32,000 nt of DNA from positions 150,001 to 182,000 of the forward strand of contig NZ_JHXR01000009.1 in the NCBI RefSeq assembly GCF_000621645.1. The letters are read 5' to 3'. Each line of letters starts with the position of its first letter. Positions within the stretch are counted from its first letter, which is position 1. This DNA is from Vibrio cholerae ATCC 14035 (lineage in GTDB: Bacteria; Pseudomonadota; Gammaproteobacteria; Enterobacterales; Vibrionaceae). Below the pieces are notes generated by a model that saw nothing but the letters and a program-made list of their open reading frames with translations, did not search any database and was not told where the DNA came from. The translations under genes were made by a program, and so were the position numbers. Below, in pieces: positions 24,911-32,000 of this stretch.

Positions 24911-26676
24911 GCTCGGTTTGATAAGTGAACGTCGATTGGGGAGGCGAACTCATCGGCAAATACTTTGTCGCGAATGGTCCAAAAGCGGCCCGATTTTCGC
25001 GCAATCACAAACAGGGGTGGCCGAAAACGGTGCTGATGATCCACGACTTTGGCGGGCGTTGCTGCCTCAAAAGGCCGATGTTTGTCAGCCAGATGTGGAC
25101 GTACAAATTGGTCGTGAAATTGCTGCTTTTGGCGCGGCGTATTCAGTGGCCAAAACTGGTGTACTTGCACCGCATCTTGCCCGTGGTAAGTCACTTGAAG
25201 CTGGCTTTTCCCTTTGGCGTCTTTATGAACTTTTAGGCTCATGTCGGTACATTCAAACACCAGCGCATCTTTAAGATTGAGTGCCTCTTTGAGTTTCTTA
25301 TCGGGGTCCACTAACGTGGTGTCACACTCATGGCAGATGCGAGCGGCGATGTCGTTATCCGCACCACATTCATTGCAGTATTTCGCACGAAAACGGTAGC
25401 CACAATGCTCGCGCTCACCCGTCTCATCATCGGTGAAATAGCCTTGGCAGCGGCGGCCATAGTGCTCAATCAGAAAGCCGTTCGCATCGAGCTTGCCCCA
25501 AAAGTTATTGTTAAAACCGCAAGCGGGGCAGGGAATGGTGATGATTTCGCTGTCTGAATCGGGTTTCGGATCGCCCACTTCAGGTTGATACAGATCGTAC
25601 TGATTACCCGCATAGTCGAGCACCAAACAGTCGGATTTGCCCGCCGCAAGGCGTAGCCCGCGGCCGACAATTTGTTGATAGAGACTGACCGATTCCGTTG
25701 GCCTTAAAATCGCAATCAAATCGACATGCGGCGCATCAAATCCGGTAGTGAGCACGGACACATTGACCAAAAACTTAATCTGTTGTTGTTTGAACGCTTG
25801 GATAATGCGATCACGCTCTGGCGTCGGGGTATCACCGATCACTAAAGCAGCGTGCTCGGTAGGCAGTAAACGGTAGATCTCTTCGGCGTGACGCACGGTC
25901 GCCGCAAAAATCATCACCCCTTGTCGCGCTTTGGCAAGCTCAATGATCTGGGCAACAATTTGCGGAGTGGCGCGCTGTGACTGCTCAATCACCAAGTCGA
26001 GTTCTGATTCACGATAGCGCCCGGTATTGGCTGGTTTCAACTGCGAAAAGTCATAGCTCATGACGGGGGTATCAATCAATTGAGCGGGGGTGAGAAAACC
26101 TTCATCCAATAAATAGTGAATGGGGAGCTCAAAAATACAGTCGCGGAAAAAACGCGGCTCTTCACTGCGCACTAAACCACGAGTGTGATACTGGTAAATC
26201 CATCCCATCCCGAGTCGATAGGGGGTTGCGGTCAGTCCGAGCACTTTCATGCCCGGATTGAGTTCCAGCAAATGCGTGATCACTTTTTGATAACTGCTGT
26301 TTTTGTCATCGGGGACGCGGTGGCACTCATCAATCACCAATAAAGAGAACTGGTTTTGGAACTCAGATAAGTTGCGCACCACCGATTGCACTGAGGCAAA
26401 CACCACTTGTTGATCGGTTTCTTTGCGCCCCAAGCCTGCGGAAAAAATCGCGCCGGTTAAGCCATAGCCTTCATATTTGGCGTGGTTTTGCTCAACCAAC
26501 TCTTTGACATGGGCCAACACCAATACGCGGCCACGGGCAAGGCGCGCAAGCTCTGCGATCACTAAGCTTTTTCCTGCGCCGGTCGGAAGCACAATCACGG
26601 CCGGGGTAGAGTGCTGGCGAAAATAGTGCACGACGGCTTTCACTGAGTCGGCTTGATAAGGTCGTAACGTATACAT
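24892..26676 (-). CDS. radD: Superfamily-2 DNA repair helicase RadD (YejH)
   Basis: 594 aa from ATG 26676 ([12 protein letters not shown]). It is collinear with E. coli RadD/YejH: [38 protein letters not shown] is identical, DECH box is LVIDECHR, the Cys-rich zinc motif is CPACGF…[19 protein letters not shown], and motif VI is [10 protein letters not shown]. The 63-codon upstream extension in the ORF track overlaps rsuA and is rejected. Confidence 0.92.
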   Translation of the reverse strand: MYTLRPYQADSVKAVVHYFRQHSTPAVIVLPTGAGKSLVIAELARLARGRVLVLAHVKELVEQNHAKYEGYGLTGAIFSAGLGRKETDQQVVFASVQSVVRNLSEFQNQFSLLVIDECHRVPDDKNSSYQKVITHLLELNPGMKVLGLTATPYRLGMGWIYQYHTRGLVRSEEPRFFRDCIFELPIHYLLDEGFLTPAQLIDTPVMSYDFSQLKPANTGRYRESELDLVIEQSQRATPQIVAQIIELAKARQGVMIFAATVRHAEEIYRLLPTEHAALVIGDTPTPERDRIIQAFKQQQIKFLVNVSVLTTGFDAPHVDLIAILRPTESVSLYQQIVGRGLRLAAGKSDCLVLDYAGNQYDLYQPEVGDPKPDSDSEIITIPCPACGFNNNFWGKLDANGFLIEHYGRRCQGYFTDDETGEREHCGYRFRAKYCNECGADNDIAARICHECDTTLVDPDKKLKEALNLKDALVFECTDMSLKVHKDAKGKSQLQVTYHGQDAVQVHQFWPLNTPRQKQQFHDQFVRPHLADKHRPFEAATPAKVVDHQHRFRPPLFVIARKSGRFWTIRDKVFADEFASPIDVHLSNRAYTIPT

Positions 26677-26774
26677 CCGCTGGGAGTTACCGAGGTTATC
26701 TGGGCAATTGACGGCTTTTGCATCGTTTGATGTCGGCCGCAAGCAATTGCGCTGGGTAATTATTGTGTGAGGTC

Positions 26775-26782
26775 TGTATAAT
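26775..26782 (+). promoter_or_regulatory. Extended -10 element (TGTATAAT), putative rsuA promoter
   Basis: TGnTATAAT at 26775-26782, 28 nt upstream of the rsuA ATG, with GAGGTA as RBS in between. There is no good -35. Pattern match only. Confidence 0.35.
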
Positions 26783-26809
26783 AGCCGACTTCCAGCAGAT
26801 GAGGTAAGC

Positions 26810-27505
26810 ATGCGTTTAGACAAATTCCTGTGTGATGCGCTCGGTACAACGCGCAAAGAGGCCACTCAACTTCTCAAAAGTGGTGAAGTAACCGTCGATG
26901 ATGTGGTGCAAAAAAGCGGTGCATTCAAACTCAAAGAGACGTCGTGCGTTGAGTGGCAAGGCCGTGAAATTATGTTGCATGGTCCGCGTTACATCATGAT
27001 GCACAAACCAGATGGCGTGGTCTGCTCACATGAAGATGGTTTTAACCAAACGGCGTTTACCTTGCTTGATGAAGTGAATGTTGAAGATTTGCACTTTGCA
27101 GGCCGCTTGGATGTCGATACCACAGGTTTACTGCTGATCACTGATGATGGGCAATGGTCGCACCGAGTCACGTCACCAAAACATAAGTGCGAGAAGACCT
27201 ACCGCGTGTGGTTGGCGGATCCCATTCAAGCTGATTACGCAGAGCAATTTAACCGAGGTATTGAATTGCGTGGTGAACGTGAGCTGACTTTGCCTGCGCA
27301 ACTGGAGGTGATCAGTGAAACGGAAGTGCTATTGACCATCCATGAAGGCAAGTATCACCAAGTGAAGCGTATGTTTGCCGCTTTGGGTAACAAAGTCATA
27401 GGGTTACATCGTGAACGCATTGGTCAGATTACCTTAGATGAAACCCTTGAACCGGGGGAATACCGCTATTTGACGGAAGAAGAAGTGGCCTCAATCTGGA
27501 AATAA
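26810..27505 (+). CDS. rsuA: 16S rRNA pseudouridine(516) synthase RsuA
   Basis: 231 aa. N-terminal S4 domain (MRLDKFL…). Catalytic region [34 protein letters not shown] and …[26 protein letters not shown]…[11 protein letters not shown] are almost collinear with E. coli RsuA. The gene is divergent from radD, as in E. coli. Confidence 0.93.
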   Translation: MRLDKFLCDALGTTRKEATQLLKSGEVTVDDVVQKSGAFKLKETSCVEWQGREIMLHGPRYIMMHKPDGVVCSHEDGFNQTAFTLLDEVNVEDLHFAGRLDVDTTGLLLITDDGQWSHRVTSPKHKCEKTYRVWLADPIQADYAEQFNRGIELRGERELTLPAQLEVISETEVLLTIHEGKYHQVKRMFAALGNKVIGLHRERIGQITLDETLEPGEYRYLTEEEVASIWK

Positions 27506-27571
27506 ACCAAGATTTAGGAAATAGATTGTTTCTGAATTAGCACTAGTTAATCGCGGCGATTATTAAGATCA

Positions 27572-27694
27572 TATACCCAAACAACTTGGAGTTGCAGGTA
27601 GGCGGCAAGTGAGTCCCCCTAAGCATAGAGAGACTATGTGATTGGGGTGAACGAACGTAGCCAACATCGCTGCAGCTTAAGTAGGAAGGGTATA
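27572..27694. repeat. ERIC / IRU element, copy 2
   Basis: TATACCC…CTTGGAGTTGCAGGTAGGCGGCAAGTGAGTCCCCCTAAGCATAGAGAGACTATGTGATTGGGGTGAACGAACGTAGCCAACATCGCTGCAGCTTAAGTAGGAAGGGTATA. It has the same orientation as copy 1 and is about 90% identical by eye. It lies between rsuA and bcr. Confidence 0.85.
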
Positions 27695-27823
27695 GACCGA
27701 TAGGACTTAGCGCTGAATTTAAGCGTTAAGTCCTCCCACGTTTTATTGCCTCATCAAGCAATCTCTAATTCGCATACACTTATGGGTGTAGGCGAAAAAA
27801 CCAATTTAACTCTACGGAGAAGT

Positions 27824-29029
27824 ATGTCTACCTCAACCGTGAATACCCAACAAACACCGCAAATGAGTTTGTTGCTTTATATTGTGCTCGGTGCGCTCGG
27901 TGCGTTGACACCGCTGGCGATCGATATGTATTTGCCAGCTATGCCGACCATTGCCCGTGATTTCGGCGTTAACGCTGGTGCGGTGCAAATTACTCTAACT
28001 GCCTATACGGCAGGCTTTGCCATTGGCCAATTGCTGCATGGTCCGCTAGCCGATAGTTATGGTCGCCGTCCGGTGATGCTGTGCGGTATCTTCCTCTTTG
28101 GTATTGCCGCTATAGTGAGCGCGACGACCAATGGTATTGAAGCCTTAACCTATATTCGTGCCGCGCAAGGTTTTGCGGGTGCGGCGGCGGCCGTGGTCAT
28201 TCAAGCGGTGGTACGCGATATGTTTGACCGCGAAGATTTTGCGCGGGCGATGTCGTTTGTTACTTTAGTGGTGACTTTGGCTCCCTTGGTGGCGCCCATG
28301 ATCGGTGGGCATTTGGCGATTTGGTTTGGCTGGCGTTCTATCTTCTGGGTGTTGGCGCTGTTTGCGGCACTCGTTATCGCGATGGTGATGTGGAAAATCC
28401 CGGAAACACTGAGCCCTGAAAATCGTCAGCCGCTGCGTTTTCGTAGCACCATGCGCAACTATTTTGATTTGTGTAAAAACCCTGTAGCTATGGGGCTGAT
28501 TTTCTCTGGCGCATTTTCGTTTGCGGGTATGTTCGCGTTTTTGACAGCCGGCGCGTTTGTGTACATCGATATTTATGGTGTTAGCCCAGACGGTTTCGGA
28601 TACCTGTTTGGCCTTAATATTGTCGCGATGATTGCGTTGACCACGATCAATGGCCGTTTTGTCAAAAAAATCGGCTCACACAACATGCTACGCTTCGCAC
28701 TCTTTTTACAGTTGATGGCGGGGATTGGTCTGTTTGTTAGCTGGGTTCTGGATTGGGGATTATGGGGAACCGTACCATTCGTGGTGTTGTTTGTCGGTAC
28801 AATCTCAACCATTGGCAGTAACTCGATGGGGTTGTTGCTGAGTAAATACCCGCGTATGGCGGGAACCGCATCATCATTAGCGGGCACATTGCGTTTTGGT
28901 ACGGGCTCAATCATCGGCGCTGTCGTGGCAGCGTTGCCGGGTACTGAAACATGGCCAATGATATTTGTGATGGCGGCTTGTTCTGTGTTATCAGGTGCCT
29001 TTTACTGGACGTTAGGAAGAAAAGCGTAA
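27824..29029 (+). CDS. bcr: MFS drug efflux transporter, Bcr/CflA family
   Basis: 401 aa from ATG 27824, preceded by ACGGAGA. It has 12 predicted TM helices. Blocks collinear with E. coli Bcr: PLAIDMYLPAMPTIARDFGV, GQLLHGPLADSYGRRPV, MAGTASSLAGTLRFGTGSIIGA. It sits downstream of rsuA, as in E. coli. Confidence 0.88.
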   Translation: MSTSTVNTQQTPQMSLLLYIVLGALGALTPLAIDMYLPAMPTIARDFGVNAGAVQITLTAYTAGFAIGQLLHGPLADSYGRRPVMLCGIFLFGIAAIVSATTNGIEALTYIRAAQGFAGAAAAVVIQAVVRDMFDREDFARAMSFVTLVVTLAPLVAPMIGGHLAIWFGWRSIFWVLALFAALVIAMVMWKIPETLSPENRQPLRFRSTMRNYFDLCKNPVAMGLIFSGAFSFAGMFAFLTAGAFVYIDIYGVSPDGFGYLFGLNIVAMIALTTINGRFVKKIGSHNMLRFALFLQLMAGIGLFVSWVLDWGLWGTVPFVVLFVGTISTIGSNSMGLLLSKYPRMAGTASSLAGTLRFGTGSIIGAVVAALPGTETWPMIFVMAACSVLSGAFYWTLGRKA

Positions 29030-29688
29030 TGGCGAATTACCATTTAGAAATTCAAAATGTGGTCAATACTGCACTGGCAGAATTAGAGGCCGAACATAAA
29101 GCGGGCAAGCTTGCCAATGCGCCAGTGGCTAACAACCATTTTTTAGTGCATTGGGTGACGAAAGCGCTGAAAGCACAACGTTTTCACCGCTGCGTGGGTG
29201 ATGATTTAACTCAGTGGCAGAAAGCGGGGCGCTCAAAAGGAACAGAATCACAACTGTTACCGACCTTTCAACGCATCTCCGCGTATTACGCGCATTTTTT
29301 TGCAGAGCAAGAGCACACACCGATCACGGATAAACAAATAGAAGCGTTTTTGGATGAGATGGAGCAAGCCGGTTGGGAAGTTTCCACCTCTGAGCCGTTA
29401 GTCAATGCAGGAAAAGTGCAGATTTTTACTGACGGCCAGAATTCATTGGCTCTTTGCTCTGTGCAGTGTGAAGCTTGTTTTGATGGTGAACGGTTAGTGA
29501 AACCAATGAACTGGTTTGTGCGCGGTCACCACGCTGGCTTTATTGAGAAAGCCTTTGCGGCGGGATTTATGGTGCACAAGCAAACCGATTACAAATCGAA
29601 TGTGAAATACCATGGTGAGTACCTGATTTTCCCCGCCAACCAAGGTACTCAGTTGGCGGAAATTCCGATTTCTTTTCGTGCTAACTAA
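29029..29688 (+). CDS. Hypothetical cytoplasmic protein (219 aa), translationally coupled to bcr
   Basis: The ATG overlaps the bcr stop (TAATG at 29027-29031). The product MANYHLEIQNVVNTALAELEAEHKAGK… has no TM segment and no motif I recognise. The upstream 26 codons in the ORF track lie inside bcr. Confidence 0.65.
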   Translation: MANYHLEIQNVVNTALAELEAEHKAGKLANAPVANNHFLVHWVTKALKAQRFHRCVGDDLTQWQKAGRSKGTESQLLPTFQRISAYYAHFFAEQEHTPITDKQIEAFLDEMEQAGWEVSTSEPLVNAGKVQIFTDGQNSLALCSVQCEACFDGERLVKPMNWFVRGHHAGFIEKAFAAGFMVHKQTDYKSNVKYHGEYLIFPANQGTQLAEIPISFRAN

Positions 29689-29722
29689 CTTTTCGTGCTA
29701 ACTAACTTTTCATGCTAACTAA
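29672..29722. repeat. 17-bp tandem repeat x3 (CTTTTCGTGCTAACTAA) straddling the stop codon of the 219-aa ORF
   Basis: Units at 29672-29688 and 29689-29705 are identical. The unit at 29706-29722 has one G>A change. Unit 1 encodes the last residues FRAN plus TAA. Confidence 0.9.
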
Positions 29723-29781
29723 ATAGCTCAGTTAGATCAGTTTGAAAAACGGCGCTCAAAAGCCTGACTGAAGAAAACCTC

Positions 29782-29814
29782 ATCCCGTCGCTTAATCTCG
29801 GCGGGATTTTTTTA
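29782..29814 (+). terminator. Rho-independent terminator of the bcr/219-aa-ORF operon, overlapping the 3' end of the convergent gene
   Basis: Stem ATCCCGTCG / CGGCGGGAT (9 bp including one G-U pair, 8-nt loop) followed by T7. The stop codon of the convergent minus-strand gene (29792-29794) lies in the loop. Confidence 0.75.
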
Positions 29815-31228
29815 TGATTGCTTTTACCATGCCACGAAAGATAAACAGATGCGCTGGCATCATGGCATACCAGTACATCAAGCCGAGAAAACCTTGTGGG
29901 TGCCACCATGCCGTTACATTCAGGCGTCGCTTATCGCCCAAATCATCGATGGTAAATTCCAAACGTCCTAGCCCCGGACCTTTCATACCAAACAGTAAGG
30001 ACAAAAACTGCTGCGGTTGGCAGCGGATCACCTTCCAAGAGTCGATATAATCTCCCACTGCGAGTTCAGCGCCAGCGGGATAGCGACGAATCGGTTTGCC
30101 ACCACCAAACAGCACATCCAACCATTCACGAGTACGCCACAGAATATTGGCAAAAAAATACCCTTGATCGCGGCGGCCTATAGTGCGGATGACTTTCCAC
30201 AGCGCATGGCTGCTTAACTCGGTTTCGATGCTGGCCCCCGCTTGCTTGGGGTAATAACCAAAGCCCGGTTGCCAACGGACAATCGCGTGAGGGTCAAATC
30301 CCCATACTTGGCTACGCACAAAGGTCCCTTCGCTGCTGATCGCCGCTTTGACCGCTTCTCGATAGGCGATCAAGGGCTGTGGATAGCGTGCTTCAATCGC
30401 TTGGGTGTCGGCAATAAAATCATGTGTTAACCCTTCCAGCAGCGAGCGTCCAATTGAGCTTGGCACCGAAGTCACCATACCGAGCCAGCGTGCAGCCATG
30501 CTTGGAGTGAGAAAGCGCGTCGACCATAAGCGATAGTGTTTCCCGGTCAATTCACACAGAATCTGAAACTGTTCGCGATAGCTGAGAATATCAGGCCCGC
30601 CAAGCTCAAACGTCTGATGCATCTTTGGCTGCTCTTCGGCAAATTTCAGTAAATAGGTGTTGAGATTAGCCAGAGCAATCGGATTGGCTTGGGAGTCAAC
30701 CCATTTAGGCGTAATGAGTACTGGCAAGTTGTAGACAAAATCGCGCATGATTTCGAATGCAGCCGAGCCAGGGCCGATGATAACCCCCGCTCTCAGCTCC
30801 GTGATCGGGACACATGACTGGCGCAGTATCTGCCCAGTAGCGTAACGTGCTTGTAAATGAGGGGAGCGGCCAGACTCCGGTTGGAGCGAGCTTAAATAGA
30901 TCACATGTCGTACTTGGCTATGCGCAAGATCGAGCGCGTCTTTTACGTTTTGTGCCAATGAAAGCTCGTAATCGACAAAATCCCCGCCATGCGCCATGCC
31001 ATGAACCAAGAAAAAGACCAAATCATAATTGGGGATGGTGGCGAGCGTTTTCTGACGATCCGCTAAATCCAGCGTGAGCCGAGTTAAGTTGGGATGAGTG
31101 GGCAAGCGCGCATGCAATGTCTCGATATGACGAGAGGCGGCCGTGGTATGGTATCCCGCATTCAGTAGCAGTGGCAGCAACTGCGCCCCTACATAACCTG
31201 ATGCACCTAACACTAATACCTTTTTCAT
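29792..31228 (-). CDS. NAD(P)-binding atypical SDR/NmrA-like domain fused to a C-terminal domain of unknown function (DUF2867-like)
   Basis: 478 aa with an N-terminal Rossmann motif (KVLVLGASGYVGAQLLPLL). The C-terminal ~150 aa (…WKVIRCQPQQFLSLLFGMKGPGLGRLEFTI…) resembles the domain usually fused to such SDRs. No catalytic assignment is possible. Confidence 0.8.
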   Translation of the reverse strand: MKKVLVLGASGYVGAQLLPLLLNAGYHTTAASRHIETLHARLPTHPNLTRLTLDLADRQKTLATIPNYDLVFFLVHGMAHGGDFVDYELSLAQNVKDALDLAHSQVRHVIYLSSLQPESGRSPHLQARYATGQILRQSCVPITELRAGVIIGPGSAAFEIMRDFVYNLPVLITPKWVDSQANPIALANLNTYLLKFAEEQPKMHQTFELGGPDILSYREQFQILCELTGKHYRLWSTRFLTPSMAARWLGMVTSVPSSIGRSLLEGLTHDFIADTQAIEARYPQPLIAYREAVKAAISSEGTFVRSQVWGFDPHAIVRWQPGFGYYPKQAGASIETELSSHALWKVIRTIGRRDQGYFFANILWRTREWLDVLFGGGKPIRRYPAGAELAVGDYIDSWKVIRCQPQQFLSLLFGMKGPGLGRLEFTIDDLGDKRRLNVTAWWHPQGFLGLMYWYAMMPAHLFIFRGMVKAIIKKSRRD

Positions 31229-31355
31229 CCGACGGTCCTTTTTAATCGTTTGTTGTGCTTATGCGTGCGTGAGTATAATAGCGGCTGTTTTTTCTGCCTA
31301 CTATGTCCTTAACCTTAACAGGTAATAGGGAGTCCTCACACTTTGGAGTGATACT

Positions 31356-32000
31356 GTGTCTGTTGTCTCTCAAGTTTTATCCCACATGAGAGGGGATTTC
31401 TTCCGCCGCTTGATCGCGATTGCTCTGCCGATCACGCTACAAAATATCATGTTCTCCAGCCGCGGTTTGGTCGATGTACTAATGCTCGGGCAACTGGGAG
31501 AGGCCGAAATTGCCGCCGTGGGTGTCGCGGCACGAGCGACCTTTGTGACTACGATTATGCTGGTGGGCGTGACCACAGGCGGCGCACTGCTCACGGCGCA
31601 ATATTGGGGGGCGGGCGATCGCAAAGGTGTGCGTGAAAGTACGGCACTGACTTGGTTAGTCTCTAACTTCTTTGCCTTTTTCACGGTATTGCTGTTCCTG
31701 TTTTTCCCACAGCAAATCATGTCGTTAACGACCGATTCGGAGCAAGTTAATGCGCTGGGTAGTCAATATCTGATCATCACCTCGTTCACTATGTTTGCGG
31801 TGGCTTGTGTCAGCAGTATGGCAGTCGGACTTCGCGCGATGCACAAGCCCGGGGTAAGCACGTTTTTCAGCGGTATCGGCATTGTGTCTAACGTGGTACT
31901 GAACTGGATCTTAATTTTCGGTAAATTTGGATTCCCAGCGATGGGTATTCAAGGGGCGGCGATTGCCACCGTGTTGAGTGGCGCGATTGAAATTGCTTGT
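31356..32000 (+). CDS. MATE-family multidrug efflux transporter (5' part; runs off the window)
   Basis: Open frame from GTG 31356 (GGAGTG RBS; ATG 31386 is an alternative) to the window end. This ORF is absent from the ORF track because it has no stop codon inside the window. Product: …FRRLIAIALPITLQNIMFSSRGLVDVLMLGQLGEAEIAAVGVA…GALLTAQYWGAGDRKG…GIQGAAIATVLS, the typical MATE N-terminal lobe. Confidence 0.85.
   Translation, partial: MSVVSQVLSHMRGDFFRRLIAIALPITLQNIMFSSRGLVDVLMLGQLGEAEIAAVGVAARATFVTTIMLVGVTTGGALLTAQYWGAGDRKGVRESTALTWLVSNFFAFFTVLLFLFFPQQIMSLTTDSEQVNALGSQYLIITSFTMFAVACVSSMAVGLRAMHKPGVSTFFSGIGIVSNVVLNWILIFGKFGFPAMGIQGAAIATVLSGAIEIAC

Noticed and set aside
24792-25004. 70-aa minus-strand ORF and the 118/103-aa plus-strand ORFs at 24918-25274
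   Set aside because: The first is read through the ERIC repeat and the radD 3' end in another frame. The others are antisense to radD. None has an RBS or a plausible product.
26677-26865. 63-codon N-terminal extension of radD that overlaps the rsuA start
   Set aside because: E. coli RadD begins at the equivalent of MYTLRPYQ (ATG 26676). The extension would run through the divergent rsuA promoter and its first codons.
24782-27694. Whether the ~125-bp repeats are integron attC sites (VCRs), MITEs with a transposase nearby, or CRISPR repeats
   Set aside because: The core matches ERIC/IRU (GTGAATCCCC…GTGATTGGGGTGAGCG), not the VCR consensus as I recall it. There is no integrase or transposase gene in the window. 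There are only three widely spaced copies with no regular spacers.
31370-31720. 116-aa minus-strand ORF
   Set aside because: Antisense to the clearly MATE-like + strand frame that runs from 31356 to the window end. The ORF track omits the real gene because it has no stop in the window.
1-32000. A defence island, prophage, toxin-antitoxin pair, secretion-system cluster or biosynthetic gene cluster
   Set aside because: Every large ORF has an ordinary housekeeping, signalling, transport or secreted-protease assignment. There are no nuclease/ATPase/methylase combinations, no integrase or tRNA boundary, and no paired small overlapping ORFs typical of TA modules. I prefer to report none rather than force one.

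Overview
This 32-kb window reads as ordinary core chromosome of a Vibrio cholerae-like genome. I recognise two blocks: mgtE / vieS-vieA-vieB / M9 collagenase / vesC, and rplY - radD(yejH) - rsuA - bcr. From memory this is roughly VC1655 down to about VC1632 on chromosome I; I cannot verify that here. I call about 22 protein-coding genes, one of them apparently frameshifted. There is no rRNA, tRNA or CRISPR, no integron attC site, and no transposase, integrase or phage gene. The non-coding features I can support are an M-box (ykoK-type) Mg2+ riboswitch in the mgtE leader, three ERIC/IRU-family palindromic repeats, a 9-bp in-frame VNTR inside the collagenase gene, a 17-bp x3 tandem repeat straddling a stop codon, and several intrinsic terminators. 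I do not see a convincing new multi-gene system such as a defence island. The best leads are smaller. (1) An SgrR-family regulator sits divergent from a 54-codon ORF with a strong Shine-Dalgarno site and a hairpin, followed by a YihX-like sugar-phosphate phosphatase. This may be a Vibrio analogue of the sgrR/sgrS-sgrT sugar-phosphate stress module. (2) The M-box has no visible terminator or SD-sequestering helix and is followed by a C-rich, G-poor spacer. (3) VieA contains a degenerate second receiver-like segment with Glu at the phospho-acceptor position. (4) The collagenase gene is split by a frameshift. (5) An ERIC copy supplies the last codons and the stop of radD. (6) A PepSY/response-regulator/kinase module is inserted into the otherwise E. 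coli-like radD-rplY synteny. All family assignments come from motifs read by eye. No database search was possible.
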